A stretch of DNA of 63,999 bases, filler included, from Phoronis australis (taxonomy: Eukaryota > Animalia > Phoronida): assembly GCA_002633005.1 (NCBI GenBank). It is 13 parts of 13 records of this genome, joined end to end, with 100 filler letters (N's around TTAATTAATTAA, not from the genome) between each part and the next. Parts side by side here need not be neighbours in the genome. Positions count along the whole stretch, not along the records: positions 46,231 to 49,088 come from NMRA01003370.1; positions 49,189 to 52,873 come from NMRA01002896.1; positions 52,974 to 54,287 come from NMRA01001126.1; positions 54,388 to 58,002 come from NMRA01000027.1; positions 58,103 to 60,949 come from NMRA01003380.1; 8 more parts are not named here. One strand, 5' to 3'. Each line of letters begins with the position of its first letter. The first letter of the stretch is position 1. Below the pieces are notes generated by a model. It searched no databases and was not told the DNA's origin. It worked only from the letters and a program-made list of their open reading frames with translations. Below are positions 46,792 through 60,013 of the stretch, piece after piece. The position numbers and the translations under genes were made by a program.

Positions 46792-49700
46792 TTAACTGCT
46801 CACTTAAAGATGTATTTGCATGCTCCGATCTATGCTAATGTATTGCAGCAACTAAACAACGATGCTATTTGAACATCATCTATGCTAACAAAAAGAGCTG
46901 CTGTATTCCTTGACAACTTGTAAATAGGAAAACAAAAAAATCTGCTAATAGGTGACCTTTGCTCTAATGACGTACCTAGGGGGCTCACATAACCTGCATC
47001 AGGTAGTGCTATTCCCAACATCACACCACCGCGAGTGATTTACTGCGGATCATTTTTCGACATGAAACTCGTTCTTAAAAACATCTGGCACTTTTCAACC
47101 TACTTCTTATTCACATTGTCGCTATATGTTGTGTTTCTAACTAATTTGACCAAGCAATCACAGAGATAAGGAATTAGCGTGCAAGTTCCATTTTACAGTT
47201 AGTATTTTTACAACCAGTTTTCAAACTTTTCACGTCAAGGGAGTTTTATGCAACACAAAATGACGTTCTTTGGTGTAGGGGTAATTGAAACTTTTGCTTC
47301 ATTGCACAGATTTAAGTGGGGTTTTCCACACAGTTTCACCAACAATAACAGTCGTCATGGCTCACAAAATTATTCAGTTTATTGCCTTATACACATAGCA
47401 TTGTTTAGAAATCACATGGCACTTGACAGATTGCAAACTAAACATGTTTCGTTAACTACTATAATTTATAAAAAAAGGAATGCTCGCATTTTATAGTTAA
47501 AAGTTAAATAAAAATGACATGAAATTTAAAATAAACCAGACCTAAGATTTCACTGACGTTTCTATACATTATATTTGAGAAATACATTAAATTATACACA
47601 CGCTATTCAAATATCTCCAAATACATTAGGGGGTCATTCCAATTCAGTTATTATGTACGTGCAAAGGCCAAGTTGGCTCATTGTGTGAAGAGTGCTGACA
47701 GTATTATCACTAACTGATGTCTCTGTTCCCCAGTCCAAGATGAAAGACGATATTAACATAAAGGTTAGTGTTGTTCAATCCGAACTGGTGAGAACGATTC
47801 ATAGCGAATGTCTAGGGAATAGAATTGTAGAAATTTGCAATGCTTTGAATAATATAGGGCTTGACATTTGTTCTTATGTTACCCTGGTGATGTGTGCGTA
47901 ATATATCGAAATGTTGGTGAAATTTTACGTCTGGTTTGTCGTCAAATTCTTATTTCATATGTTGTCCGACAGTAAAAACACTCAAAAAAAAAAGAAATTA
48001 ACAAATAATGTACACTGAAGCAATAGCAACATTACAACACATTCACACAAATAATAACAATAATAATATTAACAACAACTACAAGAATTTTGGTTTCCCC
48101 ACTAGGTGGTGCTAGTTTACGGACTTGCAAACTTAAGTCTTGNTAGTTTACGGACTTGCAAACTTAAGTCTTGAAACCAGACTCTATTTAGAATCTGAGT
48201 CTGTAGAAGATTTCAAAAACGAGGCCATTTGGTCAGACTTTTTACCATACTAAGTTATGACCTGATGAACATTGCTTATTTAGAATTGTCTCATTTCCTT
48301 TAATTTTGTGAGAGTACCGGTATTTCATTTGTTTCCTATTTGAATAACCTTCGTGGGATACTAAAACAGACGCAAGAAGGGTGCTACTCGAGTGATGGTG
48401 ATCACGCCATTTTTCATCTGGATTATGGTTCAAATTATGCCAGATAAGGTTAAAAAGCAATGCATTTTATGTTCAAGAGATTCCGATACACTGACAAGCT
48501 GTATGTTGGCAGTTCCTCAGGTACAGCTGACCTCGTGCTTGACTGACCAATCACCAATCAGATGGTGTATGCATGTGACCATCTTCAGTAGGTTCAGTGT
48601 GAACTGCCATTTCAACAAATCGTAAAGAGGCACTGGAGGCACGCAGACTCCCATGTAACAAAATCAGATTGTCAGGTGATAAATTGGGGTCGAGGCTTGT
48701 CCGATTAACCCTGAAAAAATCAATTCTTTTTGCTTTGCAAAAAATTACATTTCTTTTGGGTCAGTTAGCAATAAAGGAATGTAATGTTATTCTGTGCAAA
48801 CCACTAAAAGGACAAAAATGTTACTTATACTACCTTAGTGACAGCTGCACGTAAGCTCTTACCCTGACCTGTCAAAGGAAAAGTCACCATTTGAAAGCTT
48901 GGTGTGAAAGCTTATTTTCAACAGACTGTGAGTAATGAAATAAAGTGATCAGTATGAATACACCACACCACTTACATTTTCAGACTTCTGCATGGTAAAC
49001 TATCACCAATTTAGGACAAATGAAATTACATTATTTCATGTTTTGCACCCAAAAAAAATGCAGTTCCAGACTATAGGTATGGCGGGGGNNNNNNNNNNNN
49101 NNNNNNNNNNNNNNNNNNNNNNNNNNNNNNNNTTAATTAATTAANNNNNNNNNNNNNNNNNNNNNNNNNNNNNNNNNNNNNNNNNNNNGTTTCAGTGGCA
49201 GAGAACCACTGTGCCTAATCCACCTTAGTATGTTCTTCACGTCCCAGGCCTCTTTAAAAGAAGCCGAAAATAGACTTCTTAATGCGCTTTCAATGCGCGG
49301 TCATAGTGGCCCATATTCTGATGCCACAAAAACAATTTCAGGGATTATGCATACATTTGCTTTTTGGCCAACTGTGGTTGTCACCCATCTCTTACGACTA
49401 TTAAAATACTGAGGTACGCACATTCCCCCATCCGGGCGGTGCGGATAGGGGAATGTCCGTACGCCAAAGGGCAATAGCATGCGGAGCCGGCTCGGGACGG
49501 CGGGGAAGTTTATAGGTACTCTAGAGTTTCAAGTGTCTGAACTCAGTCAACTGTTGGTCTAAAAGCACTCAGTTCAGTGTGTTCGTTTTTTTATCGTCTG
49601 TGCCCTCTTCTTCACTTTCTTTGCACCGGCGGTGCAGCACTGAAATAAGTGGGGGAGGAGCTATAGCCTCCCCAGCCCTCTTTGGTGCATCGCCCATAAT

Positions 49701-49919
49701 TTTCCGTCGCAAAATACCTATGTGGCATGCTTATCCGAAACTGACTCGCATTATTGCGATTCGACAAACGCAATTAGGCCACGCAGTGACAAATGAGATT
49801 AGCTCATTGGGCCACCAAAGCTCATCATAGTTACCGAAGTCTCACAAACGCTTATAGTTAACTCCTTTGCAAGCATATTACACAAATAGGCACCGTCTGT
49901 AAGAAGATGCTATACATAC

Positions 49920-50072
49920 CAGGAGCGGATCCAGGATTTTAAGTTGGGGGGCAGGGCAGAGTATTAGCTAAGATTCTGACATTCAGACATTCCCACTCCA
50001 AAACTGCCAGATGGAATCCGGGAAAATTTAGGGGGGCATGGCCCCCTTGGTCCCCCTCTAAATCCGCCACTG
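49920..50072. mobile_element. Short (~150-bp) MITE with CAG(G/T)RGCGGAT termini; related copies or ends at 53191-53357 (inverted), 44040-44100, 46112-46130, ~39827-40035
   Basis: caggagcggatcc...aaatccgccactg; interior shares ggggggcatggcccc; the 53191-53357 copy aligns in reverse. Confidence 0.6.
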
Positions 50073-50219
50073 TATACTATGTGTTTTGATCACGTTTCAA
50101 TGAAATTGTTGCTTCATAGAGCATAATCATCAAAATGGATCCTGGAGAAGCAAACTAGGAGCGATATATCCACGAAACCAAACATATGAACATTCTTCAA
50201 AAATTATTATAACAATACT

Positions 50220-51365
50220 TCTCCTTGGCTAAATATTTTATGTGAAACTATTCCTAATATAAAAAATGACTCTTTTCAGTTGTGTTCTTGTTTTTTCCTT
50301 GAAGAAGCTAACCGTACTAAGAATATTTTTGGAAGGATATTTTTATATCTTATTCCAATTTATCAGATAGATGACCTTTTGTACCAACCTGTATGGTATA
50401 ACGCCAAAATTTGTATAGTCCAATTTTTGTAACGAGTGGTTTCAAAAGAGTATACGATAGGTATACGATTTAAATGACCCTGATAAAGGATATATTTATG
50501 ATTATCATACCTTTTGTACACGTTTTCAATTTTGCCCTTGTATTACACATTTTTTGAATTCGAAGTTCAATACTTCGTTCTTGGAATCATCTAAGAGACC
50601 AGAGTACTATAGTCACTCTACTTTCTCCAGAACATATTTTTCGAATCTCCTCAAAAAATAAAGGGACGGGAAAAATCTATCAATTATTCATTTCCAAATT
50701 GTATGTAAAACCTGTCGAGGAACTGAAGTGGGAGAGAGAAATTAACTTATGCGATGATGTAATTTATCACTGTACTTCCGATGTCAGACTCAGATGGTTT
50801 CAATTCCGTATCAACCACAGACTTATTGGTACAAACTCTTATTGAAAGAAAATAGGTGTTAGTGAATCGTCTTTATGTTCTTTCTGTGGGCAACAAGAAG
50901 AAACAATTCTGCATTTGTATTGAGAATGTTCACTTGTTCAGAAGTTTTGGTGATGTTTAAAAACATGGATGATAAATCAGCGCGATTTCCCTCTGCAGTT
51001 AAATCCGTTTACCGCCTTGTTTGGAGATCCAGTCTGTAGATTAGAAGTTGTAAATTTAATTCTTTGCTTAGCGAAATTTCACTTATATAGGCAAAGACTG
51101 CAAAAGGTTAAGCCCAATTTTCACTCATTTTTACGTGAGGTATGTGATTACCCTAACCTGGAAAAAAATATTTACAATGATAAATTGGATCTTGAGAGAT
51201 TCCAGGCAAGGTGGTCTTCTTTTTTTCCTAGCAACTAGCTTTTATAGGGTTCAATAATGTTCGTAATTTGTTTGCTTTACTTGACTAGATTTCATATTGC
51301 TGTACAACTATGTACTGGTTGGTTGAATTGATAAATGTTTCATTCAAGAAAAATAAAATAAAAAA
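50220..51365 (+). mobile_element. Decayed 3' fragment of an L1/Tx1-clade LINE (zf-RVT region and poly-A tail)
   Basis: PVWYNAKI; SDVRLRWFQFRINHRLIGTNS; LCSFCGQQEETILHLY*ECSLVQKFW; NLILCLAKFHLY; stops and frameshifts; aataaaataaaaaaa tail at ~51351-51365. Confidence 0.8.
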
Positions 51366-52260
51366 TGCCACGATACGAAAAGCTTCACACACACCCTAGT
51401 GCCTGAACCACTACACCATTGGTGGACGGTTGGGGCAAAATTAGGTGCCATCATGAGCTCCGATTACCGGTTTATTTCAATGTCATAATTACATGATAGC
51501 AAGAAAACTACCTCCTACCAATTTGACTGCATTTTGAAAATGTTCACACGTGGTCTTGCGTTAAGTGCCTGGGTCGACGTGTAGTCGCTTTGCCGACTAC
51601 ATCCAGACCGTCATACGTACCAGCGGCCACTGATGCATTTCAGACCGGGTGTTGATGCACCACCAAAATAAAATTCAAACTAAAATACTCATGTTGAAGT
51701 CTGTTAAGTTTGAAAATATTTTGAGTTTTATTGAATGAGCAGTAGGCCTATTTATGCTTAGGTTTCGACTGAACTAACTTGTGTCAAAATGCGTTTTATG
51801 AAGTTTTTGCTAAAGTGATGCGGAAGATTCAAATTCAGACATGTAGGCCTATTTTCAAAGAAAAAAAGCGAATCGTCGTGAAGGTGAATTTCTTTCACTT
51901 TGTGCTTGTTTGTTCATAGTAGCCTATGGTTTTAGCCATACGAGCGTACTGATCTAACCGTGAAGGTACCTGTCGTTGTCTGCCCTTGATTCCCCATTGG
52001 ACACCCAAGGCCCATCGGAAAAATCAAATCGGTTTCGTTCACAGTCAACGATTTTGGGTTAGACGGCGGACTATATTTGTGTTTATAGTTTCTCGTGACC
52101 TAATTGGTTAGAAGTAGGCTTCAATCTGACATGTTAGAGCTACCAAAGATTTATAGCATCTTTGGAGCCACCCAAGGTCATTTAAAAGACGGCGACCAAA
52201 AGCCAGAAGTTTGCAATTCTGAAATTAGAAACAACCAACAGATGTCACTCTGTATCCAAC

Positions 52261-52274
52261 TGCATTGTGGGTAT
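52261..52274 (-). promoter_or_regulatory. ZNF143/Staf-type binding site upstream of the putative GCN1 ATG
   Basis: tgcattgtgggta reverse-complements to TACCCACAATGCA, the core ZNF143 consensus, ~16 bp before the ATG at 52290. Confidence 0.45.
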
Positions 52275-52289
52275 TGCACCACAAGCAAA

Positions 52290-52304
52290 ATGGTGGACTC
52301 CAAG
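52290..52304 (+). CDS. GCN1: Putative first coding exon of GCN1 (MVDSK)
   Basis: aaaATG GTG GAC TCC AAG|gtacac; phase 0, in frame with the next exon. Confidence 0.5.
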
Positions 52305-52424
52305 GTACACGCGTGCAAATGTATATATTTTACCGGCATTTGTTTTAAAATTGTGTTTGTTGACTCTAACTGAATCGTCAAGACGCTTGTTATCTGTGTG
52401 ATTTATGTGTATTTAATTTTACAG

Positions 52425-52527
52425 GTTGCAGTCGTGTTAAAGGAGTTTGCCACAAATCTAAGTTCGTCGAAAGTAAATGCAAGAATTCGACACGTTGAAA
52501 ATGTGACCGCCTGTCTTTCTGACCCAG
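52425..52527 (+). CDS. GCN1: Putative second coding exon of GCN1 (eIF2alpha kinase activator)
   Basis: ttttacag|VAVVLKEFATNLSSSKVNARIRHVENVTACLSDP G|gtgaga, 103 nt. Aligns without gaps to the vertebrate GCN1 N-terminus as I recall it (VSETLKRFAGKVTTASVKERREILSELGKCVAGKD). Confidence 0.6.
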
Positions 52528-54387
52528 GTGAGATTCACTGTGATTGCCGGAGTAAAAATCGGGTGTAAGGAGAACCAGTTAGTTCCACTGAATAATGCCA
52601 GTAGGGCACTGGTTGGATATAGTGATTCAGAAACTAGTAGTGCTACTCAAATATGTTGGCTCGTCTTGTTGGTTTTGTTGTATTACTGCAGGTTCACTAG
52701 TTAGGCCTCTAGAAGTACTCACCAGTTAAAACACAGCTATTCAAGCTTCAGGTAAAACCCAATCCAGGTGCCCATCCCTGACATCCTGATTGCTTGCTGA
52801 AAGACTGCCAGCAGGATTCCCGCCAGCAGTTTAAATAAAACAAGCATCCGGGGAACCATAAAACTGACAAATCNNNNNNNNNNNNNNNNNNNNNNNNNNN
52901 NNNNNNNNNNNNNNNNNTTAATTAATTAANNNNNNNNNNNNNNNNNNNNNNNNNNNNNNNNNNNNNNNNNNNNGCAAGCACACTGTCCTACTGTATTCAC
53001 CTTCTAGTTTGATGTCTCATTGAGCCTCAGGCTGGAAATTGATTTAACCTGAAGGTAGAACTACTATAATTTACGGTACATATCAAATTTGGTCTCTCCT
53101 GCTGGATCAAGGCCAAAATTATACCTTCTAACCCCTCAGAGACTCTTAGTCTCAGACACAGTGCATCCATTTACCCATGCAGCACAATATTAGTGGCGGA
53201 TTTAGGGTAGGAGAGGCAAGGGGCCATACCCCCCTAAAATTCTCCCAGATTCCATTTAGCAGTTCGAGGATGTTAATGTCTGACTGTCTGATGGGCAAAA
53301 TCCTGGCTAAAACTCTGCCCTGGCCCTCCCTTACTCAAAATCCTGGATCTGCCTCTGCATGTGAGGGTAAGATGTTGTGATTTCTGGATGCAGTTATGGC
53401 ATACCAGTACAGTCAGTATACAGGCCGTGATTCGCGTACATACAATGGCTTTGGTTAGCAGTGAAGAATTAAAGGTCATCTGCTGTGATTGAGTCTTGTA
53501 ACCTGGTGTTGCTCTTGCGTCATAACCAATCATGGTAAGAGCTAATGTCCCTTGGCGAGTAAATTAGAGGCCTTCATACAGGCCAGACCATTTGAAGAAC
53601 CATGCAGAAGTCACAACAGACTGGTGATGACAGTGACCAAGTGGTATAAAACAGCAAATTTAGGTGACTGTTGTGTTGTAATACGTGAATGCTCCTGCCC
53701 AACCGAGATGAGACCAACTTCCGAAAGATTGAGTTAACATGGCACTGCACTCATTCTACAGTTTTTGCATCCAAAGTGCAACGTGTGGCAATTAGCTTTT
53801 GTCCTGTTTCCTCGCAGTTAGTCACTATCTTATATCCTGATTGTTATGTAATCCATTATCCTAACACTGGTAGTTAAACTTTTTATTCTTGCATTTTGGG
53901 TTACAGTGCTTCTCAAATCTTTGCAAAAGGACAAATATTAGGGGTAAATGTCCAATAAGTGACAGGCCCTAGGGTCGACCACCACAGTTTTTTTGTCGCA
54001 CCATCAAGAGTAGAATGTCTGTTAGTGATTTATGTATGGTTCTTTGGAATTCCATGGAGAAGAATTGATAAAAACTTAGTCTGTTATTATAACTGCAACT
54101 TACTTTTTGATTGCAGCTATTTGTGGTAGTTGTAGATGGTTGGTCTACAAACAACGGAAACAACACTGTGGTGAGGGCACGTCATCTCAAGCTTCAGGGG
54201 AATTGGTAAGTTATAATGGAAAAAATGCCCCACAAGCTGTGAATCACTACCCAGTGGTATGAAGTGCTCATTGTTTTTTAAATTTACNNNNNNNNNNNNN
54301 NNNNNNNNNNNNNNNNNNNNNNNNNNNNNNNTTAATTAATTAANNNNNNNNNNNNNNNNNNNNNNNNNNNNNNNNNNNNNNNNNNNN

Positions 54388-57300
54388 CTTTCAACGGTTG
54401 AGTTTTCGTCAATTGGCGCAAAACCGCGCACGACTTTGCCCTACCTCGAAAAACCGAGAATTTTACGGAGAGTCCGCCACCTCAGTTCAAACGTCTATTG
54501 CTGAAAAACTAACCGTTGAAAATCAATGCCCCTCCATTCCTAGGTCCTCTGGCCCTTCATCAGTAGAGGAAATGTAAAAAAATGACTTTCAACGGTTGAG
54601 TTTTCGTCAATTTGCGCAAAACCGCGCACTAATTTGCCCTACCCCGAAAAACCGAGAATTATACGGAGATTCCGCCTTCTCAGTTGAAACGTCTATTGCC
54701 GGAAAACTAACCGTTGAAAATCGATGCTAATCCGTTCCTAGGTCCTCTGGCCCTCCATCAGTGGAGGAAAGAAAAAAAATTGACTTTCAACGGTTGAGTT
54801 TTCGTCAATTGGCGCAAAACCGCGCACGACTTTGCTCCATCTCGAAAAACCGAGAATTTTACAGAGATTCCGCCTCCTCAGTTCAAACGTCTTTTGCTGA
54901 AAAACTACCCGTTGAAAATCAATGTCCCTCCATTCCTAGGTCCTCTGGCCCTCCATCAGTAGAGGAAAAGAATAAGGATTGACTTTCAACGGTTGAGTCA
55001 TCGTCAATTGGCGAATAACCGCGCACTATTTTGCCCTACCTCGAAAAACCGAGAATTTTACGGAGATTCCGCCTCCTCAGTTCAAACGTCTATTGCCGGA
55101 AAACTAACCGTTGGAAATCGATGCCCCACGTTCCTAGGTACTCTGGCCCTCCATCAGTAGAGGAAAAGAATAATAGATTGACTTTCAGCGGTTGAGTCTT
55201 CGTCNTCAGTTCAAACGTCTATTGCCGGAAAACTAACCGTTGAAAATCGATGCTCCTCCGTTCCTAGGTCCTCTGGCCCTCCGTCAGTAGAGGAAAAGAA
55301 AAAAAATTGACTTTCAACGGTTGAATTTTCGTCAATTGGCGCAAAATCGCGCACGACTTTGCCCTACCTCGAAAAACCGAGCATTTTACGGAGATTGCGC
55401 CTCCTCAGTTCGAACGTCTATTGCCGGAAAACTAACCGTTGAAAATCGATGCTCCTCCGTTCCTAGGTCCTCTGTCCCTCCATCAGTGGAGGAAAAGAAA
55501 AAGAATTGACTTTCAACGGTTGAGTTTCCGTCAATTGGCGCAAAACCGCGCACGACTTTGCCCTACCCCGAAAAACCGAGAATTTTACGGAGATTCCGAA
55601 TCCTCAACTCAAACGTCTATTGCCGGAAAACTAACCTTGGAAATATATGCCCCTCCGTTCCTAGGTACTCTGGCCCTCCATCAGTAGAGTAAAATAATAA
55701 TAATTGACTTTCAACGGTTGAGTCTTCGTCAATTGGCGAAAAACTGCGCACTATTNACGGCGCACGACTTTGCCCTACCCCGAAAATCCGAGAATTTTAC
55801 GGAGATTCCGCCTCCTCAGTTCAAAGGTCTATTGCTGAAAAACTAACCGTTAAAAATCGATGCTCCTCCGTTCTTAGGTACTCTGTCCCTCTATCAGTAG
55901 AGGAAAAGAACAAAAATTGACTTTCAGCGGTTGAGTCTTCGTCAATTGGCGAAAAACCGCGCACTATTTTGCCCTACACCGAAAAACCGAGAATTTTATG
56001 GAGATTCCGCCTCCTCAACTCAGAGGTATATTGCCGGAAAACTAACCGTTGGAAATCGATGCCCCTCCGTTCCTGGGTACCCTGGCCCACCATCAGTAGA
56101 GGAAAAGAAAAAGAATTGACTTTCAACGGTTGAGTTTTCGTCAATTGGCACAAAACCGCGCACGTCTTTGCCCTACCTCGAAAAACTGAGAATTTTACGG
56201 AGATTCCCCCTCCTCAGTTCAAACGTGTATTGCTGAAAAACTAACCGTTGAAAATCGATGCCCCTCCGTTCCTAGGTACTCTGGCCCTCCATCAATAGAG
56301 GAAAAGAAAAAAAATTGACTTTCAATGGTTGAGTTTTCGTCAATTGGCGCAAAACTGCGCACGACTTTGCCCTACCCCGAAAAACCCATAATTTTACGGA
56401 GATTCCGCCTCCTCAGTTCAAACGTCTATTGCCGAAAAACTAACCGTTGAAAATCAATGCTCCTCCGTTCCTAGGTACTCTGGCCCTCTATCAGTAGAGG
56501 AAAAGAAAAAAGTTTGACTTTCAACTGTTGAGTCTTCGTCAATTGGCGCAAAACCGCGCAAGACTTTGCCCTACCCCGAAAAACCGAGAATTTTACGGAG
56601 ATTCCGCCTCCTCAACTCAAAGGTCTATTGCCGGAAANTTCCTAGGTACTCTGGCCCTCCATCAATAGAGGAAAAGAAAAAAATTGACTTTTAACGGTTG
56701 AGTTTTCGCCAATTTGTGCAAAACCGCGCACAACTTTGCCCTACCTCGGAAAACCGAGAATTTTACGGGGATTCCGCCTCATCAGTTCAAACGTCTATTG
56801 CCGGAAAACTAACCGTTGGAAATCGATGCCCCTCCGTTCCTAGGTACTCTGGCCCTCCATCAATAGAGGAAAAGAAAAAGAATTGACTTTCAACGGTTGA
56901 GTTTTCGTCAATTGGTGCAAAACCTCGCACTACTTTGCCCTACCCCGAAAAACCGAGAATTATACGAAGATTACGCCTCCTCAGTTGAAACGTCTATTGC
57001 GGAAAACTAACCGTTGAAAATCGATGCTCCTCCGTTCCTAGGTCCTCCGGCCCTCCATCAGTAGAGGAAAGAAAAAAGAATTGACTTTCAACTGTTGAGT
57101 TTTCGTCAATTTGCGCAAAACCGCGCACGACTTTGCCCTACCTCGAAAAACCGAGAATTTTACGGAGATTCCGCCTCCTCAGTTCAAACGTCTATTGCTG
57201 AAAAACTAACCGTTGAAAATCAATGCCCCTCCGTGCCTAGGTCCTCTGGCCCTCCATCAGTAGAGAAAAAGAATAANACGACTTTGCCCTACCTCGAAAA

Positions 57301-58002
57301 ACCGAGAATTTTACGGAGATTCCGCCTCCTCAGTTCAAACGTCTATTGCTGAAATACTAACCGTTGAAAACCGATGCCCCTCCGTGCCTAGGTCTTCTGG
57401 CCCTCCATCAGTAGAGAAAAAGAATAAGAATTGACTTTCAACGGTTGAGCCTTCGTCAATTGGCGAAAAACCGCGCACTATTTTGCCCAACCCAAAAAAC
57501 CGAGAATTTTACGGAGATTCCGCCTCCTCAACTCAAACGTCTATTGCCGGGAAACTAACCGTTGGAAATCGATGCCCCTCCGTTCCTAGGTACTCTGGCC
57601 CTCCATCAATAGAGGAAAGGAAAAATAATTGACTTTTAACGGTTGAGTTCTCGCCAATTGGCGCAAAAATTCGCACGACTTTGCCCTACCTCGAAAAACC
57701 GAGAATTTTACGGAGATTCCGCCTCCTCATTTGAAACGTCTATTGCCGGAAAACTAACCGTTGAAAATCGATGCCCCTCCGTTCCTAGGTACTCTGGCCC
57801 TCCATAAATAGAGGAAAAGAAAAAGAATTGACTTTTAACGGTTGAGTTTTCGCCAATTGGCGCAAAACCGCGCACAACTTTGCCCTACCTCGGAAAACCG
57901 AGAATTTTACGGGGATTCCGCCTCCTCAGTTCAAACGTCTATTGCTGAAAAACTAACCGCTGAAAATCGATGCTCCTCCGTTCCTAGGTACTTTGGCCCT
58001 CC
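54388..58002 (+). repeat. Satellite DNA, ~198-bp monomer, ~18 copies filling the whole contig
   Basis: ctttcaacggttgag recurs at 54388, 54586, 54784, 54983 and onward; phase breaks at single Ns 55205, 55756, 56638, 57277. Confidence 0.95.
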
Positions 58003-59907
58003 NNNNNNNNNNNNNNNNNNNNNNNNNNNNNNNNNNNNNNNNNNNNTTAATTAATTAANNNNNNNNNNNNNNNNNNNNNNNNNNNNNNNNNNNNNNNNNN
58101 NNGTCTTACATTGAAACTGAGAATGTGCTTATGGTATCACGCATTCACAGCCTTGTGAACAGTTCTGTTTCCATGGTGAATTGTTAGAAATATCCCCTTG
58201 TAATTTTCCGAACAAAAAAAATCATTTGGGCCACAAATTTGTTGGAATTCTGAGTTCCGGTAAATTGTGCTGTAATGCCGGGGGGAAAATTATTCATCAC
58301 CTACATGTTTTGTTGAGTCAATTAATAATTCCAATTATTGTATGTATAATAAGACCAGTGGTTGTGGTGTGTAAGCTTTACTGTACTGACTGTGTACCAG
58401 TAGTGTCAGTGTCTGCCAATAGGGGCGACATAACTTTGCAGTATTCATGAATCCTTTGTGGTCACGGCCGTTTGTGGAGTTCCCTGTGTATTTCTGTCCT
58501 GAAATATTTTCAGGATTTTAAAAGGCATAGGAATGGCACTTGTATCATTTGTTCCAGTGGTGAGTCATGATACGATTCCTTTTGCATTTGTCGGAAGGTG
58601 TAGATTCTAAAGGAAGGTACTATAGCACTCCTTAGAAGTTCTCAAACATTGTACCTAGTATGTCCAGGGTGGAGCTATGATTCTAAAGTATCTAGTGATG
58701 TTTTGAACTATCTAACTATATATTGGATGGTGCACATTTTTAGACACCTGAACTCCTAACAGTCTCACTCTCAGGTTATGTAGGATGCTAGAAAAACTTC
58801 TAAATTTGGCAAACTTCGGAAATTGTATCTCAGCAGTTGAAACTTTTAGGTAGGATAAAATCAACAATTTCATAGGAATATAATCGCCAAAATTGCCCTT
58901 TTCATCTTACAAGAACTCCTAACATAATTCTGAATGACCGCAGTTTTTCTGAATGACATCTGATGTTAGATGTGTACCTATTGAACTTGAATATGGCAGA
59001 GCATTATTTTGGTGTTACCTTAATTGTTTATGAAAAAATGAGAAATTATAATTTTACTTAGTCATATGACATAAAGTAGAGAGATTTTACCATACTATAC
59101 TTTATGCATTATTCTTAACAATGCTATTTATTGTTTTTAAAATGTTTCAAGTTTGCATGAAGAGATATCAAAGAATTTCATGAAAAATTCAAATGTTACA
59201 GAGAATGAAAGCTTAACGATGATTTAGAAAACTGCGTTGTTCAGATTTCATCAGATCTTGAACATCTTGAACATCTTGAACATCTATGTCGCACAAAATT
59301 TGTTCACCTTATTGATACAGTAGTTTACCCATTATTGTACTTTACGTTTTACTAAATTTTGGTATTGATCTGATCATGTGATCCAACGAATGGTATGAAG
59401 TATAGAATCAAATTCTAATGGCTTTCTGTTTTCCAAAAATGCATTACTCCGCTTACTGAGTAAATATCTTAAGTTTTGTCGGTATTTGGCTGAAAACACG
59501 GACTTAAGCGGATAAGGTTCTACTTAACCTTCAGTGTGTCTATCCTTCCTATCTAGTTGCTTGTGTGTGTGTTCACGTCAGTCCAAATGCCCTGTCTACA
59601 CACACACCCATTAGTCACATACAATTTAGTAAAGACACTAATAAGACACAGTTACTAACATAGTGAAGCGAAAAAGCAGGACATGTGGATATGTGATATG
59701 GCTGAGGGGAAATGTCCGCCGCATCACCTAACATATGCCGGCAACAGTTTTTTTAGTCCTGTCCTTGAAATGGGACGGGGACTCGGAGGTAGACCGTTAA
59801 GTTAAGCCACGCATGAGTATACATTAATATTTTCTTGTGTTTCAAAAAACGGGACATTCTGGTGCTGTGGCTGGATGCGAGACATAGCTGCGAAATATGG
59901 AACAAGT

Positions 59908-60013
59908 CTGCTAAAAGCGGCACAGTTCTGCTAAAAGTGGGACAGTTCTGCTAAAAGTGGGACAGTTCTGCTAAAAGTGGGACAGTTCTGCTAAAAACGT
60001 AACAGTTCTGCTG
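59908..60013 (+). repeat. 20-bp minisatellite (ctgctaaaagtgggacagtt) x~5
   Basis: Direct reading. Confidence 0.9.

Noticed and set aside
48113-48173. Perfect 30-bp direct repeat
   Set aside because: The copies flank a single N at 48143, typical of an unmerged contig overlap.
54388-58002. CRISPR array or repeated small protein genes (MSFRQLAQNRAR...)
   Set aside because: Whole monomers repeat with no unique spacers and no cas genes; the ORFs are translations of satellite DNA.
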